Of a stretch of DNA of 64,000 bases, positions 28,507-38,467 are shown piece by piece. The notes beneath the pieces are model-generated. The model saw nothing but the letters and a program-made list of their open reading frames with translations, was not told the DNA's origin and did not search any database. Made by a program: the position numbers and the translations under genes. Source of the DNA: Candidatus Microgenomates bacterium. Lineage in GTDB: Bacteria; Patescibacteriota; Microgenomatia; UBA8517. Location: NCBI GenBank assembly GCA_049519355.1, contig JBEKQV010000003.1, forward strand, positions 19,646 through 83,645. The letters are read 5' to 3'. Each line of letters begins with the position of its first letter. Position 1 is the stretch's first letter.

Positions 28507-29637
28507 CTCTTCCAGAATTTTAATATACTTTGTGAGGATTTTTTCTTGGAGAAAGTCGGCCGCCCTAATTTTTGCCATGTTAGAGTAATGTTTGCGCTTC
28601 GTTCCGTCGCTTAGAAGTTTAACAATCGCTTCAGCTAGGGCGTTAGAGTTGCCGACGGGGACTAAGATACCGTATTTATTCTTGCCAATAATTTCAGAGG
28701 GCCCGTAATTGCAGTTTGAAGCAACTACCGGGATTCCTCCTGCCATTGCTTCCAAGATAGAAAGGGGAAGTCCTTCCCATTTTGTTGAAAGAACAAAAAC
28801 TTTTGAGCTGTCCAGTAGTTTTGTCGGATTTTGCACCCAACCGAAAAACTTAACTCTCTGGGATATACCGAGTTTTTCGGCTAGGGACTTTAACTGATTT
28901 TTTAAAGGACCATCCCCAACTAACCACAATTCCGAATTGGGTATTTTATTTGCAACAATTTTAAACGCCCTAAGAAGCGTCACGTGGTCTTTTTGCACAT
29001 CCAATCTGGCTGTTGAAATAACAATTTCTTTCCCGCGGGTTTCAACTGCCGTTCTCTTTTCAAAGTAGCGTGCAGGTAATATTTCTCCGATTGAGGTAGG
29101 GATTTTCCTCAATTTTAAGTCTCTGGAAAGGTCGCGCGACATTTTTTTTGCGACTGTCACAACAGCATCTGACTTATTCAGAAAAAGTGCCAAAGAATAT
29201 TTTACGGGTTTGCGTAAGTACTTACCCAGTCTGATGTTTATCACCTTTGTCAGGTTGTTGTGGATAACACTTATTGTTTTATATTTGAGATTGAACAGAG
29301 ACCTAACTGCTTCTGAAATTAGGATTGAATGCGGGTCTGAAGAAAGTACAATATCTGGCTTAAAATTTTGAACCGCTTTCTTGAACCACATTCCTTCTCT
29401 GATAAACATCTGTATATTTTTCCGGTTAAGACTGTATTTATCGGGAATTTCCCGTTTTTGTGAGAAAAACGAATATTCTCGGATATTGATAGTTCTAAAT
29501 AAGGGTTTTTCCAGAACAAGGACCTTCATAATTAGTTGACCCGGCTTAAACATTTTCTTTAGACCAAGGAGGCCTTCCGCATACGTTCCGGTTCCTCCGT
29601 CAACACTTCTTTGAAGAACTAATAGTTTTAACTTCAT
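28456..29637 (-). CDS. GT4 glycosyltransferase
   Basis: ARLDVQKDH, WEGLPLSILEAMA, GPSEII. Confidence 0.92.
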   Translation of the reverse strand: MKLKLLVLQRSVDGGTGTYAEGLLGLKKMFKPGQLIMKVLVLEKPLFRTINIREYSFFSQKREIPDKYSLNRKNIQMFIREGMWFKKAVQNFKPDIVLSSDPHSILISEAVRSLFNLKYKTISVIHNNLTKVINIRLGKYLRKPVKYSLALFLNKSDAVVTVAKKMSRDLSRDLKLRKIPTSIGEILPARYFEKRTAVETRGKEIVISTARLDVQKDHVTLLRAFKIVANKIPNSELWLVGDGPLKNQLKSLAEKLGISQRVKFFGWVQNPTKLLDSSKVFVLSTKWEGLPLSILEAMAGGIPVVASNCNYGPSEIIGKNKYGILVPVGNSNALAEAIVKLLSDGTKRKHYSNMAKIRAADFLQEKILTKYIKILEELFNIRYNRPDTFISEI

Positions 29638-30308
29638 TGACGGATTATATAATGTCCTTCCACTTCACTGTGTAAGTAACCGACCGGCTTGGGAATATTA
29701 AGTCTAATACTGTCGTTGCGGTATGCTTCACACAAAATATTTGCCCAGCCCTTGGTGAATTTCAGACAGTAATTCATTTCGCGGCTTACATCATCCGATT
29801 TGCCGACAGAAAAATAATAATTAATAAGCTCTGCATGAAACTCAGGGAATTCGGGATTATTATAGATGGCCTTGCTAAGTAGAGTAGGGGTTAACTCAGG
29901 GTGACCATTATTGTATGCGATTAAGGCTAAATTGTAATAAATTCGGCCCAGTCCCTGATCTTCGTTGTTTTTTAGATCACTGGCAGTAAGGCTCCCGAGA
30001 TAGTTTGTAAAAAGAATTTTAAGACTGTCATCGTTGGGAATTGTGAGGGCTTTGTCAAAATCTGCTGGAAGAAGATTACGGTATGGATCATATTCTCCAT
30101 ATATATTTATCCGCGATGCCAAAGACAACTCAGTCATTGCCTTTTCGAAGTTTCCGTTTTTGGCGTCGGATATTGTGTTTTCGATAAAATATTTATTTAA
30201 GAATATTGAGCTTTGTGAAGCGGGATCCGATAAATAATTGACGATTTCGGACACAAAAAAAAGGAGGGTAATACCCAGGATAATAAGGAATATTTTCATT
30301 TTAGTCAT
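29634..30308 (-). CDS. Membrane-anchored helical/TPR-like hypothetical protein
   Basis: N-terminal TM; IYYNLALIAY...AIYNNP TPR-like segment. Confidence 0.55.
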   Translation of the reverse strand: MTKMKIFLIILGITLLFFVSEIVNYLSDPASQSSIFLNKYFIENTISDAKNGNFEKAMTELSLASRINIYGEYDPYRNLLPADFDKALTIPNDDSLKILFTNYLGSLTASDLKNNEDQGLGRIYYNLALIAYNNGHPELTPTLLSKAIYNNPEFPEFHAELINYYFSVGKSDDVSREMNYCLKFTKGWANILCEAYRNDSIRLNIPKPVGYLHSEVEGHYIIRQ

Positions 30309-30333
30309 TCCAGCTATACTATACTTTAGTTAA

Positions 30334-31395
30334 ATGAGAATCCAATCGCGAATACATCCTTGGGACCACTTCTTTCTTGTCAGCACATTCATAATTTTAA
30401 TATTAATTGGAATCGGAATCGATACAAGTTTTATTTTGGTCCTGGTATTATTGAATGTTTTGGCTGCCCTTATTTATAAATATATAAATATTGGGAAAAT
30501 AGAAATTCCCAAAAACTACTTTCTTTACGTGATCTTTTTGTTGGTTTTGCTGGTTCATACTCGGCTTTTCCATGGCAATATCCTTTTTCTCCAGCTTTTG
30601 TCTATAGGCGGCTTATTGTGGCTTGAGGTTTATAATTTCAGAAGATTATTTGCGAAATATTTTGCTCCGATATTAATTACTCTGGGAATGCTGATGAGCG
30701 GAATATATATTTATTCTCTTAGATTTCCGGTAAATTTGCCCAATTTGTTGGCTTTATTCAAAGCGCCTCCAGATTTAGCCAGGCATGTTGTTATCGGTGA
30801 TCTCTGGGCCGTAATTTTGGTGGCAGTTTTTTATTTATTTTTTAGAAAGAAATCGTATTTTTACTTACCCCTTATTGGTTTGGGGCTGTACTTCCTGGCA
30901 ATTTCATATTCCCGCTCGGCGCTTCTTGCACTCGCTGTCGGGATTTTCTATATTTTTCAAAAGTCGGTAAACCGGAAAAAACTTAAGAATATAATTTTGG
31001 TTTTGTTTGTTATTATTACGGCTCTTTTTGTTTATTTCGCTACTGTAAAAAGTCTTTTGTTCTCACGCGTATACTTTTTTCAGGCAATAATCGGATTTTT
31101 CCGTTTTCCACTTGGAACGGGGATTGGTAACTTTACTTATTTGACCAACTTGGCGGATTTGGTGCATGATTTACCCCTCGAGGTATTTTCGGGGATGGGA
31201 ATTTTTTCGGTGGTTTTTCTGGTCTGGCTTTACAAGATTTTGAAGCAAATGTTAACGGTTAAGAAAATTAACGTAGAAGCGGTAGCTATATTTCTGGCGA
31301 TTTTAATTGATTTTTGTTTTTATACAACCTATACGATCCCTATATTTATCGGGATATGGTTCCTAAGTCTGGCGCTTACAGAAAATACCACCTAG
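30334..31395 (+). CDS. O-antigen ligase-like membrane protein
   Basis: Multi-TM; SYSRSA, PLGTGIGNF, HDLPLEVFSGMG. Confidence 0.7.
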   Translation: MRIQSRIHPWDHFFLVSTFIILILIGIGIDTSFILVLVLLNVLAALIYKYINIGKIEIPKNYFLYVIFLLVLLVHTRLFHGNILFLQLLSIGGLLWLEVYNFRRLFAKYFAPILITLGMLMSGIYIYSLRFPVNLPNLLALFKAPPDLARHVVIGDLWAVILVAVFYLFFRKKSYFYLPLIGLGLYFLAISYSRSALLALAVGIFYIFQKSVNRKKLKNIILVLFVIITALFVYFATVKSLLFSRVYFFQAIIGFFRFPLGTGIGNFTYLTNLADLVHDLPLEVFSGMGIFSVVFLVWLYKILKQMLTVKKINVEAVAIFLAILIDFCFYTTYTIPIFIGIWFLSLALTENTT

Positions 31396-31404
31396 AGTGG
31401 GGGA

Positions 31405-31971
31405 CTAAGGATTAACTTTTAAAGGAATGATTTTTTCGGAGATTCCTTGCTCACCTTGGGTAGAAAGACCAAAAGTTATGTTAAAATCTCCGGCTTCTGT
31501 AGGAATACCCCCGATTGTACAAGTTACGTAAGAGTTTTTGGCTGCTATTTGTGAAATATCAGGGCTATTAAATACGGTTTGACATGAGGTTATTTGCAAA
31601 CCCTGAGGATATCCTGATATCAAACTGCCCGAAAGTTGTACATTGAGATTATAAATTGCACCAGATATTGTTGTCTCGTATTGTTGATTAACTGTTGCGG
31701 TTTGGAGTTGCGATGTGTACACAAAAGGGCCGTTATCACTAAGATTATTATTACTTTGAGGTACCGCGACCGGGGTTGGGTTATTTTGGCTCGTTGTGTT
31801 TTGATTTATAGCAGGTTTGCCGGTTCCGGTTCCTTTAATTTGGGTCAACAAGTAAAACGACACCAAAATCAGGACAATGACTAGAATGCCTAATAAAATA
31901 TATAGCCATTTTCTGTTGTTCCCGTTGCCGCTTTCTGTCGTATTCATTGGAGTGGGGTAGGTGTTTTCCAT
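31405..31971 (-). CDS. Single-TM exported protein with Ig-like (He_PIG-like) domain
   Basis: TM, N/Q/P linker, ATVNQQY, YPQGL, IGGIPTEAG.F. Confidence 0.6.
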   Translation of the reverse strand: MENTYPTPMNTTESGNGNNRKWLYILLGILVIVLILVSFYLLTQIKGTGTGKPAINQNTTSQNNPTPVAVPQSNNNLSDNGPFVYTSQLQTATVNQQYETTISGAIYNLNVQLSGSLISGYPQGLQITSCQTVFNSPDISQIAAKNSYVTCTIGGIPTEAGDFNITFGLSTQGEQGISEKIIPLKVNP

Positions 31972-32068
31972 AACTTCCTACTAATAATATAGCACAACCA
32001 CATCTTTTTCTACCCAGCTTGCGCTACGTGCTTTAGGTTTGTATTATAAGAGTATAATGTCTGGTGTT

Positions 32069-33439
32069 ATGACCAAGGAGGAAGAGTCGGTTACTATCCA
32101 ACCAATCAGGAGGATGGACGCCTTCGGCTTTGTGCCTGATATAATTCTTGAGCTTCCGGCACCGGAGAAAAAGGTGTCTGCCGCTATTGATAAAGAAGCC
32201 GGTAAATTGTCCCGAGCCATCGATCCCAACCCTGTTTTAATGTATCTGGTTCTAGAATCTAACCCCACACTTAGGGGATTGATGGAATCCGTAGGGAAAG
32301 TAGACCGTCCTCCAGAGTTTCAAAATCTGGACTTAATGAGTCCCAAAGATCGTGCTCAAAATGCGGCCTTTGCTTTAGGAACAATACGTGCAGCGGTAAA
32401 CTCAACTGCAAACACGGATTTTAAAAAAGAGCTAGAAGCGGTTGATAAAGAAATAACAGCAGGAACCGGAGCCGTAGTTTCCGGAACGAATATTGAAACT
32501 CACAAAAAAGGATCGGGTTTTATGAATAGAGCTCTTCGTAAATTACCCATAAAAGTTTTGGGTTTGACTACCATTGCAGCTTTTCTGGCAGGATGTGCCG
32601 GAACCGCGGTAGCATCAAAGACCCATGAACCTGGAGGAACGAGTACACAAACTAGTGAAGTTTCATTAACCCCAACGGGTGTTGCGACAACTCCGGCCCC
32701 CAGTGAAACGCCAACTAATACATCTACTCCACCTTCTACGGAAACTTCAACTGCGACAGAAGTACCATTTGAACAACTGGTTTTGCAAACAAACCCGGAA
32801 AATTTTGCTAATTATACTGAAATTACACTCGACGATATTCAATCCGGCCGCGCAAGTTATTGGGAACATCAAGCTTATACAAAAGGCGAGCTTAAACAAT
32901 TTGGGCCAGATGTAAACTTCACGCCAATAATTTCATCCGAATATGACAATAGTGACTTGGGTGGGGGAAAATTTGATGAAGCAGTGCCAAACCCTGACGC
33001 TCTCAAGGGAACACCAGAACTTTTTACAATGATACCTGAAACATTTTATGTTATGAAAACTGACAAAGGTGATATGTGGGTTATGGGTATGGCTGTTTTA
33101 AACCAAGATAATTCCGTTTCTTTTATGCATCTCCTGTTCGATCCTAAAGTTTGGAATGGATCGGATGTAATGAAGCAGCAGTATTTAAATGTTGCTAAAG
33201 GCACGAGAATGGTAAGTATTTATTACCGCCCAACTAATTGCGATAAGGCTCCCTCAACATGGATAGCTTTTCATCCAATTTATGGTAGCTACGATCTTTC
33301 TAGGACTTGCCCTGTGTATCAGAGTCAAGATAATCATGAAAGTATAGATAATGCGCTTGACTCCTGGGCTTCATCAGGACAAGTATCCTCTGATATGGAA
33401 AAAGACCTCTTCATTGCGGGGTGGGCTTTTCAGCCATAA
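32069..33439 (+). CDS. Hypothetical protein with internal lipoprotein-like signal and Thr/Pro linker
   Basis: Long ORF; internal MNRALRK...AFLAGC followed by T/P/S-rich linker; start uncertain (32057 or 32069). Confidence 0.7.
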   Translation: MTKEEESVTIQPIRRMDAFGFVPDIILELPAPEKKVSAAIDKEAGKLSRAIDPNPVLMYLVLESNPTLRGLMESVGKVDRPPEFQNLDLMSPKDRAQNAAFALGTIRAAVNSTANTDFKKELEAVDKEITAGTGAVVSGTNIETHKKGSGFMNRALRKLPIKVLGLTTIAAFLAGCAGTAVASKTHEPGGTSTQTSEVSLTPTGVATTPAPSETPTNTSTPPSTETSTATEVPFEQLVLQTNPENFANYTEITLDDIQSGRASYWEHQAYTKGELKQFGPDVNFTPIISSEYDNSDLGGGKFDEAVPNPDALKGTPELFTMIPETFYVMKTDKGDMWVMGMAVLNQDNSVSFMHLLFDPKVWNGSDVMKQQYLNVAKGTRMVSIYYRPTNCDKAPSTWIAFHPIYGSYDLSRTCPVYQSQDNHESIDNALDSWASSGQVSSDMEKDLFIAGWAFQP

Positions 33440-33472
33440 AAATTTGCTTCAAAAAGTGCTAATATTTAGCTG

Positions 33473-35665
33473 ATGACCACTGCCAAAAATATACTAAAAT
33501 CATTCAATCTGGTAAGATCTTCAGTAATTTTTCTGGTAGTTATTTGTTTATTTGTACTTTATAGCCTGAGCAGTTCATCTTTAGTTTATAGTTGCGGTCC
33601 TCTTCATTGCAGTCAAGGATCTCAATGCTCCAGCTGTTGCACCGGTAAAGCAAGCTGTACTTATGCTTGCAATACTAATACAGGAAATTGTTCCTGGAGT
33701 GTCGGTAACGCATGCACGAGTTGGTGTGCTTGTGGTGCGTGCAGTGGTGGTTATTGCGGGGAATTTTGCTGTGACGGTGTACATAACGCTGACTATCGAA
33801 TTCTGACATGTTGTGTACCGAAATGGGGTAATTGCAGTGTTTCTTGTGGCGGGGGAACGGAAAGCGATGGTTGCGGGCACTCCAGAGGGTGTAATCCTCA
33901 ACCATGTTGTACTGCTCCCTCCACCCCTACCGTGACTCAAGTTTCAACGAATAACTGGACGGTAACCTGGACAAAAGGAGCCTCGGGTAAAAACCAGGCG
34001 ATTTATATCGGAACGGATGAAACCGCTGTTTCAAAAAGTTGTCCTAATGGCACGGGAGAGGGGACGGGTTGTGTAGTCAAGAACGAAAGTTTGGATCCAA
34101 ACGCCCAGAGTTACAGTGTAACCGGTTTAGCGGCGGGGACATTTTACTATTTTATGTTGAAAGAGTCCTGTGGCAGTGCCTCCGCAGTTACCTCTTTGCT
34201 TACCTCTTGTGATTTATCTCCAAGTAGTTTGACGCTTAATTTTGGACAAACAGCTACAGTTTATACAAACGTTGTTTCCTCTCCAAACATTACAGAGGTT
34301 GACTATTCCGTTTCTACAGTAAAGCAGACGGTAGATCCGAATTGTGGTCAGTATTCAGATGCCCACAGTTGTTCGCAAAACACTCACTGTAATTGGGTAA
34401 CAACAGGTGGATCATGTTCAGGACCTCAGAATTGTACGAACTACATGGATTCAACTTCATGCCAGAATCCGCCCGCAATTTGTTCGGGTACAACCGGGAC
34501 GTGCATCGGCGGGGGAACGTGCAGTTCCCAGCGGACTTCGGTTTCCTGCACTAGTGTTAAAGGTTGTAATTGGGAAATAATGGACTGTGGTGTTTATCGG
34601 GGAAGTCAGGCAACATGTATTCAACATCAATCATGTCAATGGTTAGCCAATTATTGTCAATGGCACGCCACAAGTGATTGTGAGGGAAACCCATATTCGG
34701 TTCAGGTACCTGGTGCTGTCAGTGTTAGTCCGACTGCCGACCGATCATATGCTTATCAAACCACAGCAACAGGGGTAAGAGTCGATCCTAGCGGTTCAAA
34801 CACAATCACGAGCTATGTTTATAACGGGGTTACTCCTATTTGTTCCAGTGTTATACACGTAAGCGTTTTACCGCCCAACGCTTGGTGGCAAGTCAAAGAC
34901 GGAGACGTAATAACAAACGGAGATCTAAAAGCTAGCCTTCCTGATTATGGGAATCCATTATTTGATGTTGCCGGCGGAGGAGGCTTTCCGGGGGTTCCAA
35001 GTTATGGTGGTTCGACAGATTTGACTGCTGCAAATGTATCTTCAAAAAGTTGGTTAGTAAATTCAGATTATTCTTCGACCAAACTTTATAATTCGACTTT
35101 CTTTTTGAACGCTATTCCCCCCGACGTAAAAATAAATAATCTTGGTTCAACGTTCGATCAAATAGCATTTAATAATGCAACCGCTGATTCGGACGGCTAT
35201 GTTTGGTTTGAGTACGACGGTTCTCAAAACGGGGGGCTCGACTTGACTATACCTTCGAATTTGGATTTCGGAAGCAATAAAGTGGTTTTGCTTGTGAAAA
35301 ACGCAGATCTTGATATTAGCGGAGATATTAATTATACCGACGGGCAGGGATTTTTCCTTGGAGTTACGACGGGAAATATCGTTGTTGATCCTTCTGTCGG
35401 GGGTGGGGGAGCACCCAACCTCGAGGGGGTTTATGTTGCTGATGGGGAGTTTGTCACGGGAACAACAGGCGCCCAGGACGATTCTCAACTTTGGATTCGA
35501 GGTAGTGTCGCCGCATATGGGGGTTTCAATTTGGAAAGAGACCTTGGCCCTGATCTTAACGGAACGACTCCATCCGAACTTTTTGAATATGCTCCCGAGG
35601 TGGACTTGATGTTTCCAGCCAAACTCGGGGGATACATTATTAACTGGAGAGAAGCGGCTCCATAG
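33473..35665 (+). CDS. Large Cys-rich exported protein (TSP1-like, FN3-like and Cys/Trp repeats)
   Basis: Signal/TM; WGNCSVSCGGG..C; VTW..YSVTGLAAGTFYYF; repeated C..Y....SC.....C.W. Confidence 0.75.
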   Translation: MTTAKNILKSFNLVRSSVIFLVVICLFVLYSLSSSSLVYSCGPLHCSQGSQCSSCCTGKASCTYACNTNTGNCSWSVGNACTSWCACGACSGGYCGEFCCDGVHNADYRILTCCVPKWGNCSVSCGGGTESDGCGHSRGCNPQPCCTAPSTPTVTQVSTNNWTVTWTKGASGKNQAIYIGTDETAVSKSCPNGTGEGTGCVVKNESLDPNAQSYSVTGLAAGTFYYFMLKESCGSASAVTSLLTSCDLSPSSLTLNFGQTATVYTNVVSSPNITEVDYSVSTVKQTVDPNCGQYSDAHSCSQNTHCNWVTTGGSCSGPQNCTNYMDSTSCQNPPAICSGTTGTCIGGGTCSSQRTSVSCTSVKGCNWEIMDCGVYRGSQATCIQHQSCQWLANYCQWHATSDCEGNPYSVQVPGAVSVSPTADRSYAYQTTATGVRVDPSGSNTITSYVYNGVTPICSSVIHVSVLPPNAWWQVKDGDVITNGDLKASLPDYGNPLFDVAGGGGFPGVPSYGGSTDLTAANVSSKSWLVNSDYSSTKLYNSTFFLNAIPPDVKINNLGSTFDQIAFNNATADSDGYVWFEYDGSQNGGLDLTIPSNLDFGSNKVVLLVKNADLDISGDINYTDGQGFFLGVTTGNIVVDPSVGGGGAPNLEGVYVADGEFVTGTTGAQDDSQLWIRGSVAAYGGFNLERDLGPDLNGTTPSELFEYAPEVDLMFPAKLGGYIINWREAAP

Positions 35666-36455
35666 AATCAAGAAATTTTGCTAAAACTTTAACTTCATTG
35701 TTATTCAATTGGGAGAAGGATTTATTTAGAATTTCATCCGGTAGGCCAATGGCCCTTACTTTTCTCCGTGCCTCATTTTTGGTAATATTTTTGTCGAAAA
35801 CTTTCATCAAAACATTTTTAATCATGCCGCCGTACTTTTGGGATAGAATTAATTTTTGATTTACGGAGATTTGGGCTTTTGGCGAGAATTTCAAGATAAT
35901 TGAATCAGTTCCGGGTACAGGCCAAAAAGCTTCTTTGGTAACTTCGGCAATTTTGGATATATTAAAAAAAGCGTTGCAGACGAAGGACAATTCACTATAA
36001 TTAGGATCTTCAGGGTTTTTTAGTTGAGATTGAATTCCAAATTTCTTTCCGACCATTAGAATCATTTTAATTTTCGGAAAGCGTACGATTTTATTAATGA
36101 ACGGCTCCGTGATGTGGTAGGGGAGATTGGATACAATCCAGACGTTTTTACCGGATTCCTTTTTGATAACTCCGTCGAGAATTCCCGATAACGCATCGCC
36201 GAAAAGGACCTCGACATTATTATGCTTTTTAGCCAGTTCTTCCAGAGGTTTTTCAAACCTTTTATCAATTTCTGTTGCTATTACCTTTTTGGCATTTTGC
36301 GATAAAACTTCGGTTAAACGCCCCGTTCCTGCACCGATTTCAATAACTGTCGAATCCTTTTCAACAGTCCGAGACAAGATATTTAGGACTGAGTTATCGC
36401 TAATAAAATGCTGGCCCAAAAGCGGGTTCGGTTTGAAATTTTTGTCAGTTTTCAT
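35640..36455 (-). CDS. rsmA: 16S rRNA adenine dimethyltransferase RsmA/KsgA family
   Basis: LGQHF, IEIGAGTG, EID, VSNLPYHI, FWPVP; start set to ATG 36455. Confidence 0.85.
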   Translation of the reverse strand: MKTDKNFKPNPLLGQHFISDNSVLNILSRTVEKDSTVIEIGAGTGRLTEVLSQNAKKVIATEIDKRFEKPLEELAKKHNNVEVLFGDALSGILDGVIKKESGKNVWIVSNLPYHITEPFINKIVRFPKIKMILMVGKKFGIQSQLKNPEDPNYSELSFVCNAFFNISKIAEVTKEAFWPVPGTDSIILKFSPKAQISVNQKLILSQKYGGMIKNVLMKVFDKNITKNEARRKVRAIGLPDEILNKSFSQLNNNEVKVLAKFLDSMEPLLSS

Positions 36456-36506
36456 TCCACCAGTATAGTCTATTTTGCAGCCAAAATTCTGATATAATAC
36501 AAATCG

Positions 36507-37247
36507 ATGAGCGGACATTCTCACTACGCCACAATCAAAAGACAGAAGGCTACTAATGATGCGGCCAAAGGAAATCTTTTTTCCAAAATGGCCAGGGCAA
36601 TCATGATTGCCGCCAAGGGCGGACCGGATCCCGATATGAACTTCAGGCTCCGCTTTGAAATAGATAAAGCGAGGGCTATAAGCATGCCCAAAGAAAATAT
36701 CGAAAGAGCAATTGCTAAAGCAACTACCGAGGCAGCAAACCTTGAGGAAATTACCTATGAAGGTTTCGGACCGGGTGGAATATCCGTAATGGTAGAGGTA
36801 ATGAGTGATAATAAAAATAGAACCGCCCAGGAAATAAAAAATGTTTTTGAGCGGGGTGGGGGTACACTTGCCGGACCTAATGCTGTTGCATTTAACTTTG
36901 AGAGTAGGGGCTTTATGCTTGTCAAAAAGGCCGCCGATGCCGATGCACAAATGCTTTCATTGATCGATTCGGGGGCAGACGATATTCAAGAGTCGGACGG
37001 GGAGCTTGAGGTCTATGTTGCTCCAGGTATGTTGGCTCAAATTCACAAGAAAATTACGGAAAGCGGTTTTGAAGTTACAAGCGCCGAACTAATCATGAAA
37101 CCCAAGATTTTTCAGGAGATTACCGACCCGGCAACTGCAGGAAAGGCTATCAAATTTATTGAGGAGATTGAAAGTCACGATGATGTTCAGAACGTTTTTA
37201 CAAATTTAGATATTCCGGATAGTGTGATGCAAAAAATTCCTGCTTAA
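36507..37247 (+). CDS. yebC: YebC/PmpR family protein
   Basis: MSGHS...IKRQK, MPKENIERAI, YEGFGPGG, DNKNRT, DDVQNV. Confidence 0.96.
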   Translation: MSGHSHYATIKRQKATNDAAKGNLFSKMARAIMIAAKGGPDPDMNFRLRFEIDKARAISMPKENIERAIAKATTEAANLEEITYEGFGPGGISVMVEVMSDNKNRTAQEIKNVFERGGGTLAGPNAVAFNFESRGFMLVKKAADADAQMLSLIDSGADDIQESDGELEVYVAPGMLAQIHKKITESGFEVTSAELIMKPKIFQEITDPATAGKAIKFIEEIESHDDVQNVFTNLDIPDSVMQKIPA

Positions 37248-37248
37248 A

Positions 37249-38019
37249 ATGACCAAACGCCGCCGTTTCGTTATAATTTCAATACTCCTTTCGCTAGGTT
37301 TTATAGGTATTCAGTTTTTAACCGATCAGAACAGATTCTGGGCAATTGGGGGATTAGGAATTGTAACGGCAATTCTTTTTTATTGGGCGCTTTTTGAAAC
37401 AATCGGAAAGAACATGACTGTCTTGACTTTGGTTCTTCCCGTAATTTTTACATTGGGTGTAGGAGTTTTCTGGTTTCTTCTCCCCGCCAATATTTTTGCC
37501 CGGATCCCGGTCGTCATTTTTTATGCCATCGGAATTTATATTTTATGTCTGACTGCAAATATTTATTCCGTTGCATCAGTTCGGACGATTGCTCTTCTTA
37601 GGGCGGCTAGGGGAGTTGGTTTTGTACTCACACTACTCACTTCTTTTCTTGTTTACGACGCGTTGTTGTCACTAAGAACGGAGATTTATATTCTCATTCC
37701 TTTGGTTCTTGCTATCTCCTTTCCTTTATATCTTCAGGGTTTCTGGACTACTTTACTTGAACCTAATTTATCGAGGGATTTGCTGGTTCTTTCCGGATGC
37801 GCATCCTTAATTACTGCTGAAGCCGTGGCGACTTTATATTTTTGGCCGGTAACAGTAACAGTGGGTTCGCTTTTTCTGACGGTCAGTTTCTATATGCTTT
37901 TGGGCCTCGGGCAGGCAAAAATTGACGGCAGGCTTTTTGCCTCAACGGTTAGGGAACACCTTACTGTGGGAGGCCTGGTTTTTATTGCCATGTTCGTGGC
38001 TACTCACTGGGGCGTTTAG
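37249..38019 (+). CDS. Polytopic membrane protein of unknown function
   Basis: About eight hydrophobic segments; coupled to yebC. Confidence 0.75.
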   Translation: MTKRRRFVIISILLSLGFIGIQFLTDQNRFWAIGGLGIVTAILFYWALFETIGKNMTVLTLVLPVIFTLGVGVFWFLLPANIFARIPVVIFYAIGIYILCLTANIYSVASVRTIALLRAARGVGFVLTLLTSFLVYDALLSLRTEIYILIPLVLAISFPLYLQGFWTTLLEPNLSRDLLVLSGCASLITAEAVATLYFWPVTVTVGSLFLTVSFYMLLGLGQAKIDGRLFASTVREHLTVGGLVFIAMFVATHWGV

Positions 38020-38101
38020 CTTCAAAATATTAAATAATAAGTTAATATACAGAAAAATTTATGAGATGCCCAGGCAGGGGAGGAGGGTGGTACATACCCG
38101 T

Positions 38102-38410
38102 AATTATAGGGTAGTGTCCGTGCCTAGGCACGATTTTTTCACGAAAATTATAGGGTGTTTTCACGATTTGCGACATAGGAATCAAGACGAAGAAAAACCG
38201 AACACAAAATTTACAGAGGATATGTATAGTTTGATATAGTTGTCAATCTTGAAGAGATGATTATTATGGCTCTTCCCAAGCGTGTGTGGATAACTAATTA
38301 GTGACACATGTAGTTAAGACAGCGCCCTACGAGAGAAGGGGTCTCCCGGAACCTTGAGGTAATGTGGACATCGATGAACCCCCCTAGAAGCATAAGTGGT
38401 AATGTGGACA
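38102..38410. repeat. Cluster of short direct repeats and palindromes in a long intergenic region
   Basis: AATTATAGGGT at 38102 and 38146; GTGCCTAGGCAC palindrome at 38120; GGTAATGTGGACA at 38358 and 38398; DnaA-box match TGTGGATAA at 38285. Confidence 0.7.
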
Positions 38411-38439
38411 CAGAAGTCCCTGGGGAAGCTATTTATACT

Positions 38440-38467
38440 AGGTCGCACAATGTAACTTTTGCGACGC
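38440..38467. other. Candidate dif (chromosome dimer resolution) site
   Basis: AGGTCGCACAA-TGTAAC-TTTTGCGACGC: 11-6-11 layout, near-palindromic arms resembling the XerC arm; Xer gene 1.55 kb away. Confidence 0.65.

Noticed and set aside
36456-36950. Long N-terminal extension of rsmA in the ORF track
   Set aside because: Antisense to yebC; true start is ATG 36455, preceded by TATACT
38358-38410. Mini CRISPR array
   Set aside because: Only two 13-bp repeats; too short, and no cas genes in the window
38280-38420. oriC suggested by a DnaA box and similar repeats
   Set aside because: Only one perfect box, no dnaA/dnaN nearby, and the dif-like site and apparent strand-bias polarity point to a terminus rather than an origin
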